A model generated the notes under the pieces. It saw only the letters and a list, made by a program, of their open reading frames with translations. It was not told the DNA's origin and made no database searches. Position numbers and translations under genes: made by a program. A DNA stretch of 64,000 nucleotides, taken from positions 248,001 to 312,000 of the forward strand of contig OZ025730.1 of assembly GCA_964019335.1 (NCBI GenBank). Reading direction: 5' to 3'. Below are positions 23,796 through 35,296 of the stretch, in pieces (the stretch's first letter is position 1; the number at the start of each line of letters is the position of its first letter). Source of the DNA: Diplonema japonicum (taxonomy: Eukaryota > Protista > Euglenozoa: Diplonemea).

Positions 23796-24220
23796 CCAGG
23801 AGGCCATGTTAGCTGTCTTCCAGCCAGCAGATGAACATGGATGTGATCTACTGTTTGGCATCCGTGTTTTCCGTCATTCACGACTAGTCTGTAGCCTGAC
23901 TCGTGGACTTCTAGCTTTTCCGCTACCTTCCTGGCGGTTACGAGAAGTTTACCGAGAAGCTCTGCATCGGTATCTGCGGCATGGCTGACGCCTTGAATTC
24001 TCCTTTTAGGGATGATGAGGATGTGGACGGGTGCCTGCGGGGAGACGTCGTTGAACGCGAGTACCTCATCGTCCTCATACACTTTGGAGGCGGGGATTTC
24101 GTTTCTTATTATCTTCCCGAAAACTGTGTCCCCCTCGGGACCCACTCTGCCAGAACAAGCTCTGGTTTGCACCATCGACCTGGGCAAAAAATGCCCACCC
24201 AGCACACGGAGCCTTCTCAT
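23792..24220 (-). CDS. Histidine triad nucleotide-binding protein with probable mitochondrial presequence
   Basis: DTVFGKII, PQAPVHILIIPK, HIHVHLLAGRQLTWPPG. Confidence 0.93.
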
Positions 24221-24736
24221 TGCTTGTTCTTTTTTTAATTTATTGTGTATCCTATAAAAAAAAAAAAAAAGATTTTTTTTGACCGGTTCAAAAAAAAAGG
24301 GGGAGGGGGAAGGCAACCAATTTTTAAAGCAAAGCAAGGACGCTATTATAAAAAAAAAAAGGAAGGGAAAAAAAAAAAAAAAAAAGGCGAGGGGGAGAAA
24401 GAAAAAAAGAGAAAGAAAATAAAAAGAAAAGTGTATCACGGTTTATACAATCCCCTATGTTTTTTTTTTTTTTTTTTTGTTGTTGTTGTTTTTTTGTTTT
24501 GTTTCTCCCCTCCATTCTTTTTCTTCTTGTTGTACCCATCCCGTTCCTCCTTTCTATCCCCCACAAGACAATACAGCCTCTGTAGGCACGAACTGTCTGC
24601 GAAAATACAAAAAAAGGAAGGGGAAAAGGCTGTGTGGAAAAAAAAAAAAGGAAAGAGAATCCGAGGAAAAAAAAAAAAAAAAAACACAGGGGACCCTTAA
24701 AGAAGAGAGAACTGGAAAAAAAAAATTTTTTTTTTT

Positions 24737-25513
24737 TTAAACCTTGCATTGCCCCCCTGCGCACCTCGACTTTGGAAGATGTTCAGGCGCTTGACGGGGG
24801 GCGTATTGTGGAAGGGTTTTGGGAAGCCACAAGTAGGCATCGGGCAACGAGACTCCAGTAGGTCTGGCAGAACAATACTGCCGGTTACCTGGTTTTGATA
24901 AATACTGCTGATGGCGGTCCTCAGCATAGTTGAAGACCCCGCGTGAGGTGATCTCAGTATGGATCTTGCCGTAGCCTGCAGCCATGAGCACTTCCTCATA
25001 AGATTTCTTGCTGGCCATTGCAAGTGTCTGCTGATCCAGCCCCACTGTGAAGATGGCTGATCTGTACTGCGAACCGACGTCGTTGCCCTGCCTGTTCGCT
25101 GTTGTTGGGTTATGACTCTCCCAGAACACCCTTAGTAAGTCAGAGTATGATATCTGTGTGGGGTCGTACACCACCTTCACTGCCTCCGCATGCCCAGAGT
25201 TCCCACTGCAGATGTCCTTGTAGGTCGGGTCCTTTGTGTGTCCCCCTGTGTACCCCACTGCTGTCGTCACGACTCCTTTACATTTCCAGAACACCTCTTC
25301 CGAGCCCCAAAAGCACCCTGTCGCAAAGTATGCGGTCTGTTTTTTTTTTTTTTTTTTTTTTTTCCCTTCAAAGAAAAAAGCGGTACCTCATTTCCTTCGG
25401 CTGCCCTCCCTTTGAAAGGGGTCTTCAGGACGTAGTGAATACCGGGTGTTCCCTGGGGGGGTTTGTTTTTTTTGTTATTATTGGGAGATAAAAAAAAGTG
25501 GAGGGGTCGTGAG

Positions 25514-25549
<36 letters not shown>

Positions 25550-25578
25550 CACCACACCTTAGTGCATGACATTCCCAT
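24737..25578 (-). CDS. msrA: Peptide methionine sulfoxide reductase A; introns 25453-25557 and 25337-25386
   Basis: Spliced AYFATGCFWGSE, GHAEAV, RQGNDVGSQYRS, AEDRHQQYL. 5' end uncertain. Confidence 0.9.
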
Positions 25579-25749
25579 AAAACAGCAGAAGTGTGGGTTC
25601 TTAACGCGGGGCAATAGTTTGTGTGTTGTTTAAAATAAACTGAGAGGGGGAGGGGGTGTGTTGGTTTATTTTTTTTTTATTTTTTTAGTACGGTTTTCAA
25701 TTTTCGAAATACCCGCCACGACCACCTCCAAAGGGAAGAAGAGAGGGGG

Positions 25750-25820
<71 letters not shown>

Positions 25821-26049
25821 ACCTGTGTCTTCACGAGGTTCACGAACGATCGCTTGAGCATAGCTTTTGAAGCACCCAGACAGTCGCTTTCTTTTATTTC
25901 TCCCCTTTTTTTCTTCTCCTTTTCTTTCGTTGTTTGTCTTGCCCTAACTAATTTACCCCCCCTTTTCTGTGAATCTCCCCTTTTGTAAAATGCAAAAAAA
26001 GAAAAAAGAAATAACGTGTGGAAGCGAGGGGACAAATAAACAAAAAAAA

Positions 26050-26080
<31 letters not shown>

Positions 26081-26231
26081 CGAGGGGGGAAAAAAAATGG
26101 GGGTGACTGTATCCCCCTTCCCCCCCTTCTTGCTGTTCTTATTTACATGTGGAAAAAAAAGAAGGGGCGAAAAGGGGACAAGGGGGGGCTATTTACTAAA
26201 CAAATAAAGAATTCTTTTTTTTTTTTTTTTT

Positions 26232-26898
26232 TCAAATAGAAGGACACCTGTACAGGTAGGGAAGATTCTGAACGTAGTCCTTTGAATTTTTTAAATCTGT
26301 CAAGATTCGTTTTTGTTTGAAGACAGAGGCGTTTGCGCTTATATCAGCGATGACAGGCTTCGATACCTCCATAAAGGCAGGTATATCTTTGGGGAGGTGT
26401 ATATCTTTGTTAACTGCAATATCCTGAAGGATTCGAGCCAGAGACTGCTTCGAGTGAACCTGAGAAGGTGTCCAAAGAAAAAGAAAAATAAAAACTTCAT
26501 ACTTGTTTCAAATTTTCAGATTTACCAAGCACATAGTCAGCAAGCCTTAGAGCATCGTCGCCGATCAGGCGTGACACCTCATCCAAGTTGGACGACTATA
26601 ATTTAAAAAAAAAAATTTTTTTTTTGAGAGGGATGACTATACCGAGTCCCAATCTCGTTCGTTCGCAGTGCTAGCCCCGACGGCTCCTCTTCTCTCAGAT
26701 TTCTTCGCTTTTGCTCTCTTGAGCCGCTCAGTAGTATCTATCATGGCACCATCAGGCACTGCCCCACTGCAGGTGCTTTCCGCATCGGCCCTGTCGTGGT
26801 CCCTCTCTTCGGCGGCTTCTTTCTTGTGTGCGAGCTCCTCGACCCTCTGCCGCATAATGCTCAGCGCCTCACGAACTTCATAGTCTTCTATGACTGTG

Positions 26899-26933
<35 letters not shown>

Positions 26934-27721
26934 CCTTTTTTCCTTCTTCTAGTCTCATACATTTATCGTAATCAAGATTGACGGCGAAATCAACTAGCTT
27001 TTGAGCGTCTTTCATCTCTGACTCGAAGGCCTTTTTTTTTTTTTTTTTTTTCCTGGTAGCAGCAACAAACCTCATCTTCAGTCATTGCCCATTTGGGTTT
27101 TTGCTTCGCCGACTTCTTCTCCTTTCTCGTTTCGCTCACGGTGCTTGAAGGGGATATTCCAGGGAGAGACGCTGCCACCTCCGACCGCGCGCTCGACGGA
27201 GGTGATGGATTTAACCCGCCGGTTGGCGTTCCGGCCCGGTGAGTATCGTCTGTTGTCCCGTGTATGACAGACTGCCGTTTGACTCGCTCCTTTTCCTGAA
27301 ACCTTTTCTGGATGGTGTCTTTGTTGATCGCAGCTTCCATGCTGTCCAATTTCAATTGTTTCGTTGCCACAGATAGACTTTTCAGCCATTTCCTGTGGCG
27401 CGAGAGCGCCGTCGGTGCCACGTGTTTACTGTTCTCTGTTCGCGTTTGTTTCGCTACGTTATTCCGGTTCACCCTCTCTGTGCTGGGTTGCAGCCCCAAA
27501 CACCCTTCTTCCCCCCGACCTGGCATCCCGAACAAATCCCTCTCCGCCCTCCCGGGCGGCAAGAACGGCTGTTCCGCCACCCCAACCACCATCTTGTGGT
27601 CGCTCGGTCTGTCGCATAGTAGAATGCCTTTATAGTTCTCAAAGGACCTGCTTTGTCCTGCCCCCGACACGTACCCCTTCATGGGCGGTTCGCTGAGCAT
27701 CACATCTTTAAACTCTTCCAT
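26232..27721 (-). CDS. Conserved-looking hypothetical protein; introns 27031-27070, 26894-26960, 26596-26642, 26460-26502
   Basis: Four GT-AG introns join the ORF fragments into one frame, from FENYKGILLCDRP to NLPYLYRCPSI*. Confidence 0.75.
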
Positions 27722-27981
27722 TTTTTTATTATATTTTTTCTCTTAAAAAGAGGGGAGGGGTGCCTCCGTCAGGAGGCCCTTTTTTTTTTTGTTAGATATT
27801 AGTGAGATTCAAAGGAAGCACACAAAAAAAAAAAGTAGTCACATGGGAGGGGAGAGGCGTTTTTCCAACAACGACCCCAAAACAAAAAAAAAGAAGAAGA
27901 AAAAGCTGGTGAGTATGGGGATAGAGGGAGAGATCTAATAGACAAGGAGTAGTGGCAAGGGGAGGACAATCATATCCTCTC

Positions 27982-28014
<33 letters not shown>

Positions 28015-28112
28015 TAAATATTTCCTTTGGGGGCTTCACATATTCATCCAACACCTTATTCGCTTTGCGTCCTTTAGAAGGACACCATATCAAGTCACAC
28101 ACCTATTCATTT

Positions 28113-28863
28113 CTATTCGTCATCAAGCAAAATTTCAGACTGTTATTATTTTATCTTTTTTTGCCACGCCCACATACGTCTCCCCTGAAGTTCACCAGCC
28201 AGATCAGAAGAGTTACCACGCCTGTGAAGGCAGTGAAGGCGAACGCAAGCTGTTTGTAGTATTGCATTTGCTTATGTTATATACCTCAGCAGTCCCTTCT
28301 GAAGGGGGGGTCAATTCAGGGATGTACTGTTTCACACAGCTGAGACGGAAGAAAGCCAACAAGAACTGAGTCCTGAAAAGCCCCTTCCCAACAATCGCAG
28401 GCAAGAAGAAGTCAGGGAAAGTTACATTTAGAACTGCACAGAGAATAGCAGTGATGTCAATGGGCAAAACACTGCATGCGGAGAACACCAGAACAGACAC
28501 GTAAGGCGCACTGCTCACCAAAGAGTGCAGGCTTGTTAGTGTTTTGCAAGAGCAGCGCTTTCTCTGCAAGGCCAACCTTGTAGGCCTGAACAGTTCTTCA
28601 GCAATGAAGTATACCGGGACTTCTCCGAGAACTGATCCAATACCATAGCAAAACACAGCAATGTTAGAACCATCCTCACCAGCCTCAACAAAAGGCAACA
28701 GGTACATGAGCAAGAACGCACCACCACACCCCATCAAACAACTGCTCAAGAAGCCAAGAGATAACCACCATAGCGCAAAGTTGAGCGGGGCAGGAACGAA
28801 CCCGGAAACATTGAGTGCACCAACAAGGCAGTTGACCCCCGACATCACCATCGAAAAATCCAT
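28113..28863 (-). CDS. VMP1/DedA (VTT domain)-like membrane protein; introns 28250-28284 and 28140-28177
   Basis: GIGSVLGEVPVYFIA and IDITAILCAVLNVTFPDFFLPAIVGK resemble VMP1 motifs. Confidence 0.7.
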
Positions 28864-28900
28864 ATTGTGTGCTTTTCTCCTAATGGGAATGTTCAAAAAA

Positions 28901-28972
28901 TTCCGGCACGGGGAATTGAACCCCGGTCTCCTGGGTGAGAGCCAGGTGTTCTAACCACTATACTATGCCGGA
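28901..28972 (-). tRNA. tRNA-Glu(CTC)
   Basis: Acceptor TCCGGCA/TGCCGGA, anticodon arm CCTGG-CT-CTC-AC-CCAGG, GGTTCAATTCC T-arm, T6 terminator at 28895-28900. Confidence 0.97.
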
Positions 28973-28983
28973 TTACGGATTTC

Positions 28984-29266
28984 TTTTTGCAATAATAACC
29001 ACTGGGGGGAAACTGGGGGTGGGGGGAGGGGTGTGGGGTGTGTCCAGTCTTTTGTCTGGAGTAACCGAGAGGGCCACCACGTGGGCTGAACCTTCCCTTC
29101 GGTGCTCCGTTCCCCCTTCCTGGGACAGCCGACCTGGCTGATTACATTCGGGGCGGTCCCCTCGAGGCTGAACGCAGGGGCGTTCTCTTGCTGCGCCCTG
29201 CGCCCTCCCGGCCTTCCCTGTGGCTGCCTCCCGGGAGGTTGTTTCTTGGCCCATTTGCGTGTGAGT

Positions 29267-29297
<31 letters not shown>

Positions 29298-32139
29298 GGG
29301 GGACAAAGGGGTAGGGGGGGGGGTCTATAATGGGCTCACGATCACCCTTGTGCTGCGTCGGCCGGGGGGAAGATCCCACACTCAGACCATGATAAGAGCC
29401 CGGAGGCCTCGATGAAGGCGCAGACCTCGGCGGAGTGCTTGGAAAGCAGCGCGCGGAGCGGCAGCCCAGTGTCGTAGAAGGACTTAGCTGTGGGAGCCAG
29501 AGAATGACAGCCCCTCAGCAGGTGATCAGCGTCGAGCGGTGATTGAACTTTGCAGGCGGGGCAGGTGAGGTGATGACTCCCCTCAGCCCTCAGGGGTCCC
29601 TTGAGCTGGAGGTACCCCCTCATCAAAGGCGTGTGTCCGGTCCGGAGCCGAATGATCAGGACCTCATCCCTCCTACTGAGTGGTGGAGAGAGAGACATTC
29701 GCCACCGGTGACGAGGCGGTGGTGGCCGGGGGAGTCGCTGTTGTATCTCGCACGCGACCTTCCTCTCAGCCACGCTTTTATGGCCGCCTTGCTGGAGCGG
29801 TAGCTAACCCCGCAAGGCGACTTCGACAGCCCGTCCCTGGCCGCTCCGTCGGCGAGCTCGTTCCCCGTCACACCGCAGTGGGAGGGGATGTACCAGAAGT
29901 GCACATCACCAGAGCGTTTGGCCCTGAGCCAGGAAGCGGCATCCCAGATCCGTCTGTCCGTGGACTCCCTCTGCTGTCCGGGGCCTCCAGCGAGCCTCCG
30001 CAGCATTGTCTGTGAGTCGGTCAGCAGGTAGAGAGGGCGGCCCCTCAGGTTCACGACCGTTTTGTACACCTCCGCAGCCTCCTTCAACCCCATCAGGATT
30101 GCGGTGCCCTCGGCGCACATGGGTGTGGAGACCATGCCGGCCCCGTGAGAGGTGGTAAGGGTGAGGTCCATGTCGGGGACTCTGAGGGCAACCCCAGCTC
30201 CCCCTCTCCCCCTTATCACCGAGCCGTCCGTGTACACTACCAGAGCGCCGCTTGGGATCTCGTCCAGCTTTTCCGCAGCCGCTGCCGCCCTCACATCGTC
30301 GGGGAGTGTCCTCCTGGTGTCGGTGGCGTAGGGATCGACGTGGATGCCTTCCGCCCAGGGGGGGGCTCTCGTATCAGGCCCTAGCGGTAGGGAAGCAACC
30401 GCACTCAGCCCAGAACTCCTCGTCGCCTTCAGCGCTCCCAAGGCCCATCCTGCGGTAGCTGCACCCCTGACCACCCTGTTCACCGGGGTTCCCACCCACC
30501 TCAGTGCCCTCTGCAGTAGAATGGCAGAAGCAGCGTCGGCCATCAGGTCGAGCGGGCGCAAGCGGGCCTCACACAGTACAGCCGAGGTGGAGGTGTTCTT
30601 GACGCACCCCGTGATTCGTCGGGCTGCCTCATCGTGCCTCATGCACAGTGCCTTCCTGTCTTGAGCAGACATCAGTGCGAAGAAGATGCCAATCGAGTAG
30701 GTGAACACCGGTAGGACGTAGGCCAGGTACAAGGACCTGAGTGATGCTGCGGAACTGCCCCAGGACGAGCCGGAGAGGAGCCGCAGTATGCGAATTCGTT
30801 TGTCGTATCTCTCGATGATGTCGCGGGCATGGGCACCGAAAGACAAGTCAGCGTCAAGGATGACCCCTAGATACTTGGCCCTATCACGCCTCGCGACGGG
30901 GACGGCCGTGGAGAATTCATACACCAGCCCTTTGGAGACGAGTGCAGAGACGTCGCGTCGTGTCGTGGCCGTGCGGTTAACGGACAGGAGCCTCCTCCCG
31001 ATCAGGTGAGTAGGTCCCCCGGCGATGAGTCGGCCCTTGAGCTCCAGCGGCTGGAATTCGAAGCCCGGATGCGTCGCCCCGGTCGAGGGGAAGTAGACGT
31101 GGAAGTCGTACGGTTCGCATTTGGGGGTGGGGACGTACAGCGTCTTCTCCCTGCTCAACTGCATCCCCCATCGTGTACACCAGTCTTCGACTGCACCCAC
31201 TACCGCCGTGGCCCTGGCCTCGAGCTCAGTCCTTGTTGTGGCAGAGACTACTACCGCGACGTCGTCCGCGTAGATCGTGGAGAGCCCAGCCAGACCCTCA
31301 AGTTCCCTCGCTAGGTCGTCCACGAAGATGGTGAACAGCACTGGACCGAGTACAGAACCTTGAGGCACGCCACTCTTGATTTTGTAAGGGGTCCCCTTGA
31401 CACCCTCCACGACTACCCTCGCTGTTCTGGACGTTAGGAAGGAGGAAACCCACCTGGTGTAGGCCGTAGGGAAGCGCTTCTGAGACATCTTCTGAATGAG
31501 TGCCTCGTGGTTGACCCTGTCGAACGCCTTTGAGAAGTCAAAGAGTATGGTGAGGCATGCCTCCTTAACTTCGGCGTTCCTTTTTATCGTCACATGCTGC
31601 ACGATGGCGGCAACCTGCTCCTCGGTGGACCTCCCTTTCCTGAAGCCAGCCTGGGCGGGGTGAAGTCCCTCTACCATCGTTGTCGGGGAGTCAAGTAGAT
31701 ACGTCACGCGGGCCTCGACCATCCTTTCCATGAGCTTGCCGAGGCAGCTCGTCAGGCTGATGGGGCGGTAGGACTCAATCTTCGTGGGGTCTTTGCCCGG
31801 CTTCGGGATCGGGACGACTAGTGCCAGTTTCCACGTGTCCGGAACTTGCCCGCTCGCCCAGGAGAGATTGAACAGCTGTAGAACGATTCTCAGGGATTCC
31901 CTACCCAGACGCATCAGCATCACGTTGAAGATTCCATCGTCGCCTGCAGCACTCTTCGTTCTCGTCCTGAGCAGTTGTCTCAGCAGTTCGTCCATCGTGA
32001 AGTAGCCCGTTCCGCCCTCGTAGGGTTCCTGCGTCTGTCCTGTTGTGTCGAGACCAGGGACAGTGTCGTCTCCGCAGATCGTCTCGTAGTAGCGTCCGAG
32101 ACGATCGGCCCTAGCCTTGTTGCCTGTGAGAAGAGCGTC
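28984..32139 (-). mobile_element. 5'-truncated non-LTR retrotransposon, I-group/Ingi-like (RT + RNase H + C-terminal CCHC); frameshift near 29690
   Basis: SYRPISLTSCLGK, QAGFR, DFSKAFD, GVPQGSVLGP, YADD, KYLGV; RNase H YTDGS...AE...TDS...HCGVTGNELAD; RLRTGH...CPAC...HLLRGC; short A-tail; TSD at 28967-28983 and 32140-32157. Confidence 0.95.
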
Positions 32140-32157
32140 GCCGGATTACGGATTTTC

Positions 32158-32223
32158 TTTTTTTTTTTTTTTTTCAAAATACCAATGCAGGGCCGCCATG
32201 GAGAGCAACACCTGAGAAAAGGG
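32158..32223 (-). mobile_element. 49-bp retroposon 3' fragment plus A17 tail
   Basis: Identical to the 3' end of the 33788-33990 insert; flanked by copies of the tRNA-Glu 5' target (32140-32157 and 32224-32243). Confidence 0.88.
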
Positions 32224-32374
32224 ATGCCGGATTACGGATTTTCCTGTGTGGAAAAAGAAAAAGACCAAGAAATGGGTCGACGAGGAAACTACGTGAAAGA
32301 AATGTGGTAAAGAATAGTTGCATTCACACGAACAAATAAAGAGAAGTGAACTACACCAGGAGACAATGAAAAAG

Positions 32375-32456
32375 TGACGAGAGTGGGGTTTGAACCCACG
32401 CCCCCGAAGAGACTACGACCTGAACGTAGCGCCTTAGACCGCTCGGCCATCTCGCC
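32375..32456 (-). tRNA. tRNA-Leu(CAG)
   Basis: GGCGAGA/TCTCGTC acceptor, TGGCCGAGCGGTCTAAGG D-arm, CTACG-TT-CAG-GT-CGTAG, long variable arm, GGTTCAAACCC, T5 downstream. Confidence 0.97.
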
Positions 32457-33784
32457 ATGAGAGTTGGTTTTAATAATAATAATTATTCCACTACCAGGCG
32501 GGGGGGATGGGGGGAAACCATAAAAATTGGGAAGGGAAGGTTAAAAACAGTCTCTCTTACTGAGCCATATCGGGGGGGACCTCTTGCTCGTTTGCTCGAC
32601 CTCTTGTATATTTTCCTGGGGCCCCCGACATCCACCTTTCTTATTTTTTCCCCATTCCCCCGCCACGCAGCTCTTGGGCCTCGAAGGCTTCGGCTGTCAC
32701 CAAATAAAGACAACCCCAAATATTAAAGGACGGCGATGAGATCCCTAATTTTGATTTATCCAGCCACAGGGACCCCACCATCTGCTGGTTTTGTTGGGCT
32801 GTGGGAGCCTAAAATATAAATTTGAAAAGGAAATGTAAAAGGAAAAGTCAAGTTCAGAACTCAACTTCCACAAAGAAGGGAGGAATGCATAACTAGAAAA
32901 GGAGCCTGGTAGGGAAAATAAAAAGAAAGGGAAACCAATGGGGGAGGGGGAAAAAGAATTACTGGTTACTATTTCTAAAAAAAAAAACCCCCTTCTCAGC
33001 TGCGAAAGATGTTTTTCCAACGAGACTCCCTATCGCGTAATGACGCGGGCGCACCAGGTAGGCCGGCGAGTGCTGTGGAGTCAATCGTCAGCGGGGAGGA
33101 AGAGGTTGTGAGAGGCGAAGTAGAGGAGGGGGGCACGTTGGCAGATAACCCACCGGCCTTGGGCTTTCCCCGTGTGCGACAGGTCACACAATGGTGTTCC
33201 TTACACCCCTATGCGGTTCTGCCTGCCTACCCACCAGAAGTCGGACCTTCACCGAGAGACTGTGTCACACAATGGACTTACATCCCTTGAGGTGGTCCAC
33301 CGTACTTGACGCCTCCGCTCCGCTTCTCTCTCCGCGGGAACCCAGCCTACAACTCTGGTGGCTGGAGGACCCACTTTGAAATCGAACCCCTCACGTGGAA
33401 AACACTGTTGCGCACTCTGGACATTTTGCATTAATCTTGTTTTCTGTCGGCAAACAGTGCTCCCCACGCTCAGGCCACTTCGCTCGGGCGTTCAGGTCAG
33501 CTTCCCCAGGAAAACCATCAAACGGCGTCTCCGGATCCGGTCCTCGTTCTGGCGTGCAGGAGGCTTCCCCAGGGGATGCCATCCAACACGGCGCTCCGGC
33601 TCCGGCCCTCGGCCGCCCAACGCAACACCGTTCCCCTGCTCCTCCTCTCGAGCTGCCTCTCAGCCGCGCAACCTTCACCACCTGCGCGTTGCCCAGGGAC
33701 CACCACCGTGGAGGTGGGCAGCCACCACACACACCGCGTTCGTCTACATGTTCATGTGTGTGTGTAATCGGACCCCTAAGAGTT

Positions 33785-33787
<3 letters not shown>

Positions 33788-33828
<41 letters not shown>

Positions 33829-33990
33829 CCAAAATACCAATGCAGGGCCGCCATGGAGAGCAACACCTGAGAAAAGGGAAAAAAAGGTGAAGGGAAACCA
33901 CGGTGAAATAGGGAGGGCAAAGGACCAGGCTTCTGCAAGCAGGAGGAGCCCTGGTCCCCCACCAACCCGTGCTCTGCTTTGGGACAGCCG
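33788..33990 (-). mobile_element. 162-bp poly(A)-tailed retroposon (SINE-like or truncated LINE 3' end)
   Basis: ~A41 tail; 10-bp TSD AAGAGTTGGT at 33778-33787 and 33991-34000. Confidence 0.88.
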
Positions 33991-34200
33991 AAGAGTTGGT
34001 CTCTGGTCCCAGGTTTCCCGAGACATAGTGGTGAAGCAGGTCGCAATCTCGCATGATAGAGCAAAAGTTTTCTGTGGACGACTCGGGATGCAAATTACCA
34101 TCATTAAACATAATGAACTTCAAATGAACAAGTACAGAAAAAGGCAAAAAAAAAAAAAAAAAAAAAGAAAAGAAAAAACAATTCAAACAATATCTTTTTT

Positions 34201-34247
34201 GGCGATCCTGTAACATACTGCAGGTTCCCTTCAAAGATATCTTTTTT
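34201..34247 (+). repeat. 47-bp dispersed repeat; inverted partner at 39117-39163
   Basis: GGCGATCCTGTAACATACTGCAGGTTCCCTTCAAAGATATC..., 2 mismatches to the partner. Confidence 0.85.
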
Positions 34248-34429
34248 TTCTTCTCCTTGACGTTCGCTGTCTCGTCCCCTCCGTTCTTAATTATAAGTAC
34301 AACAAGTAAAGGAGAGGCAACAGGGAGGAAAGGAGGAGGAGAGAATTAACAATTCACCACCACAACGACTGTGCAGAAATGAACTGCCATGTGTTTCTAA
34401 TTCTAAGAAAAATACAAAATAAAGTACAT

Positions 34430-35296
34430 TTAAGGTCTGACCCATTGCCTTTCAGAGCCGTCCACGGTGCGGTAGTACAAATCACCTCGGTGATTGCAGT
34501 AACGTTGCCAAGGAGCAGGGAGCGGGGTGTCTTGCTTGGGCGGTTCAGGACCGTATTTGGCAGTGAGGCTGTTGAAAAGTTCAGTGTATCGGGACTTGTA
34601 CTGCAGTAAGGTGTTCAATACAGTAGGCAGCCTGCCGGGGTTGTAGAACTGATAGAAGTTTAGCAGCCTATTGTGAACCACAAGGTCAACTGGGTGAACA
34701 TATGGTGGAGTAACAGTTTCATCGGGCATCCACTCAGGCCAAGCAGGGCTCCTGACTGGTGACTGCAAAGTGTCTTTCTGCCGTGTGAGTGTTGTAAGGC
34801 GAAGAGCATGCATCGCTTCTTCCTTGGCAATCTCTTTTTCCAAGTCGGACACCTCATATTTCACCGCAGTTTCGAGGCTCTCTTCGAGAACGGTTTCGGC
34901 TTCCTTGCACTTTCCTGCCAGCTCCTCTAGAACAGCACGCAGGCTCGCATACCGTTGTATCACGTTTTTGACTTCGGTTGAGCCGCCTGCGACCCCTTTT
35001 TTCACTTCCATGATACACTTGCCAACAATTGTTTTGAAATTGTCGATTTCAGCATTGCTGACACAAAGATCACAGTCGGTCACAGTGACAAGCTGCAGCC
35101 CCTGTGCCTCAGGGTATGCTGTAGTTGCGGCACTGGATGCAACTGGTGAGACTGTTGCTTGCCTGGTGCTTGCTGCGTCTTCTTCGATTTGCTGTTGTAC
35201 ATTTGCAGGTGACACAGGCCCTCTTAAGGGGCTTACCATCGCCGAGACAACATTCAATTTCGGCTTCACTGCAGGGGAGAGCTGCGGGGCAGGCAT
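34430..35296 (-). CDS. Coiled-coil protein with C-terminal WW domain
   Basis: LPAPWQRYCNHRGDLYYRTVDGSERQWVRP; start uncertain. Confidence 0.75.
   Translation of the reverse strand: MPAPQLSPAVKPKLNVVSAMVSPLRGPVSPANVQQQIEEDAASTRQATVSPVASSAATTAYPEAQGLQLVTVTDCDLCVSNAEIDNFKTIVGKCIMEVKKGVAGGSTEVKNVIQRYASLRAVLEELAGKCKEAETVLEESLETAVKYEVSDLEKEIAKEEAMHALRLTTLTRQKDTLQSPVRSPAWPEWMPDETVTPPYVHPVDLVVHNRLLNFYQFYNPGRLPTVLNTLLQYKSRYTELFNSLTAKYGPEPPKQDTPLPAPWQRYCNHRGDLYYRTVDGSERQWVRP

Noticed and set aside
22715-24764. Poly-K and poly-F ORFs and N-terminal extensions throughout the ORF track
   Set aside because: Translations of A/T homopolymers in introns and intergenic DNA; run lengths may also be sequencing-imprecise.
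29680-29700. Programmed frameshift in the LINE ORF
   Set aside because: The shift falls in a (CT)n run with no slippery heptamer; more likely decay or a sequencing indel.
32540-32810. snRNA gene divergent from tRNA-Leu, as in trypanosomatids
   Set aside because: No U6 ACAGAGA, U2 branch-pairing, U5 loop or U1 5' motif; only short chance matches.
33760-34095. HDV-like ribozyme or telomerase RNA
   Set aside because: P1/P3/L3 could not be assembled and there is no CCCTAACCC template.
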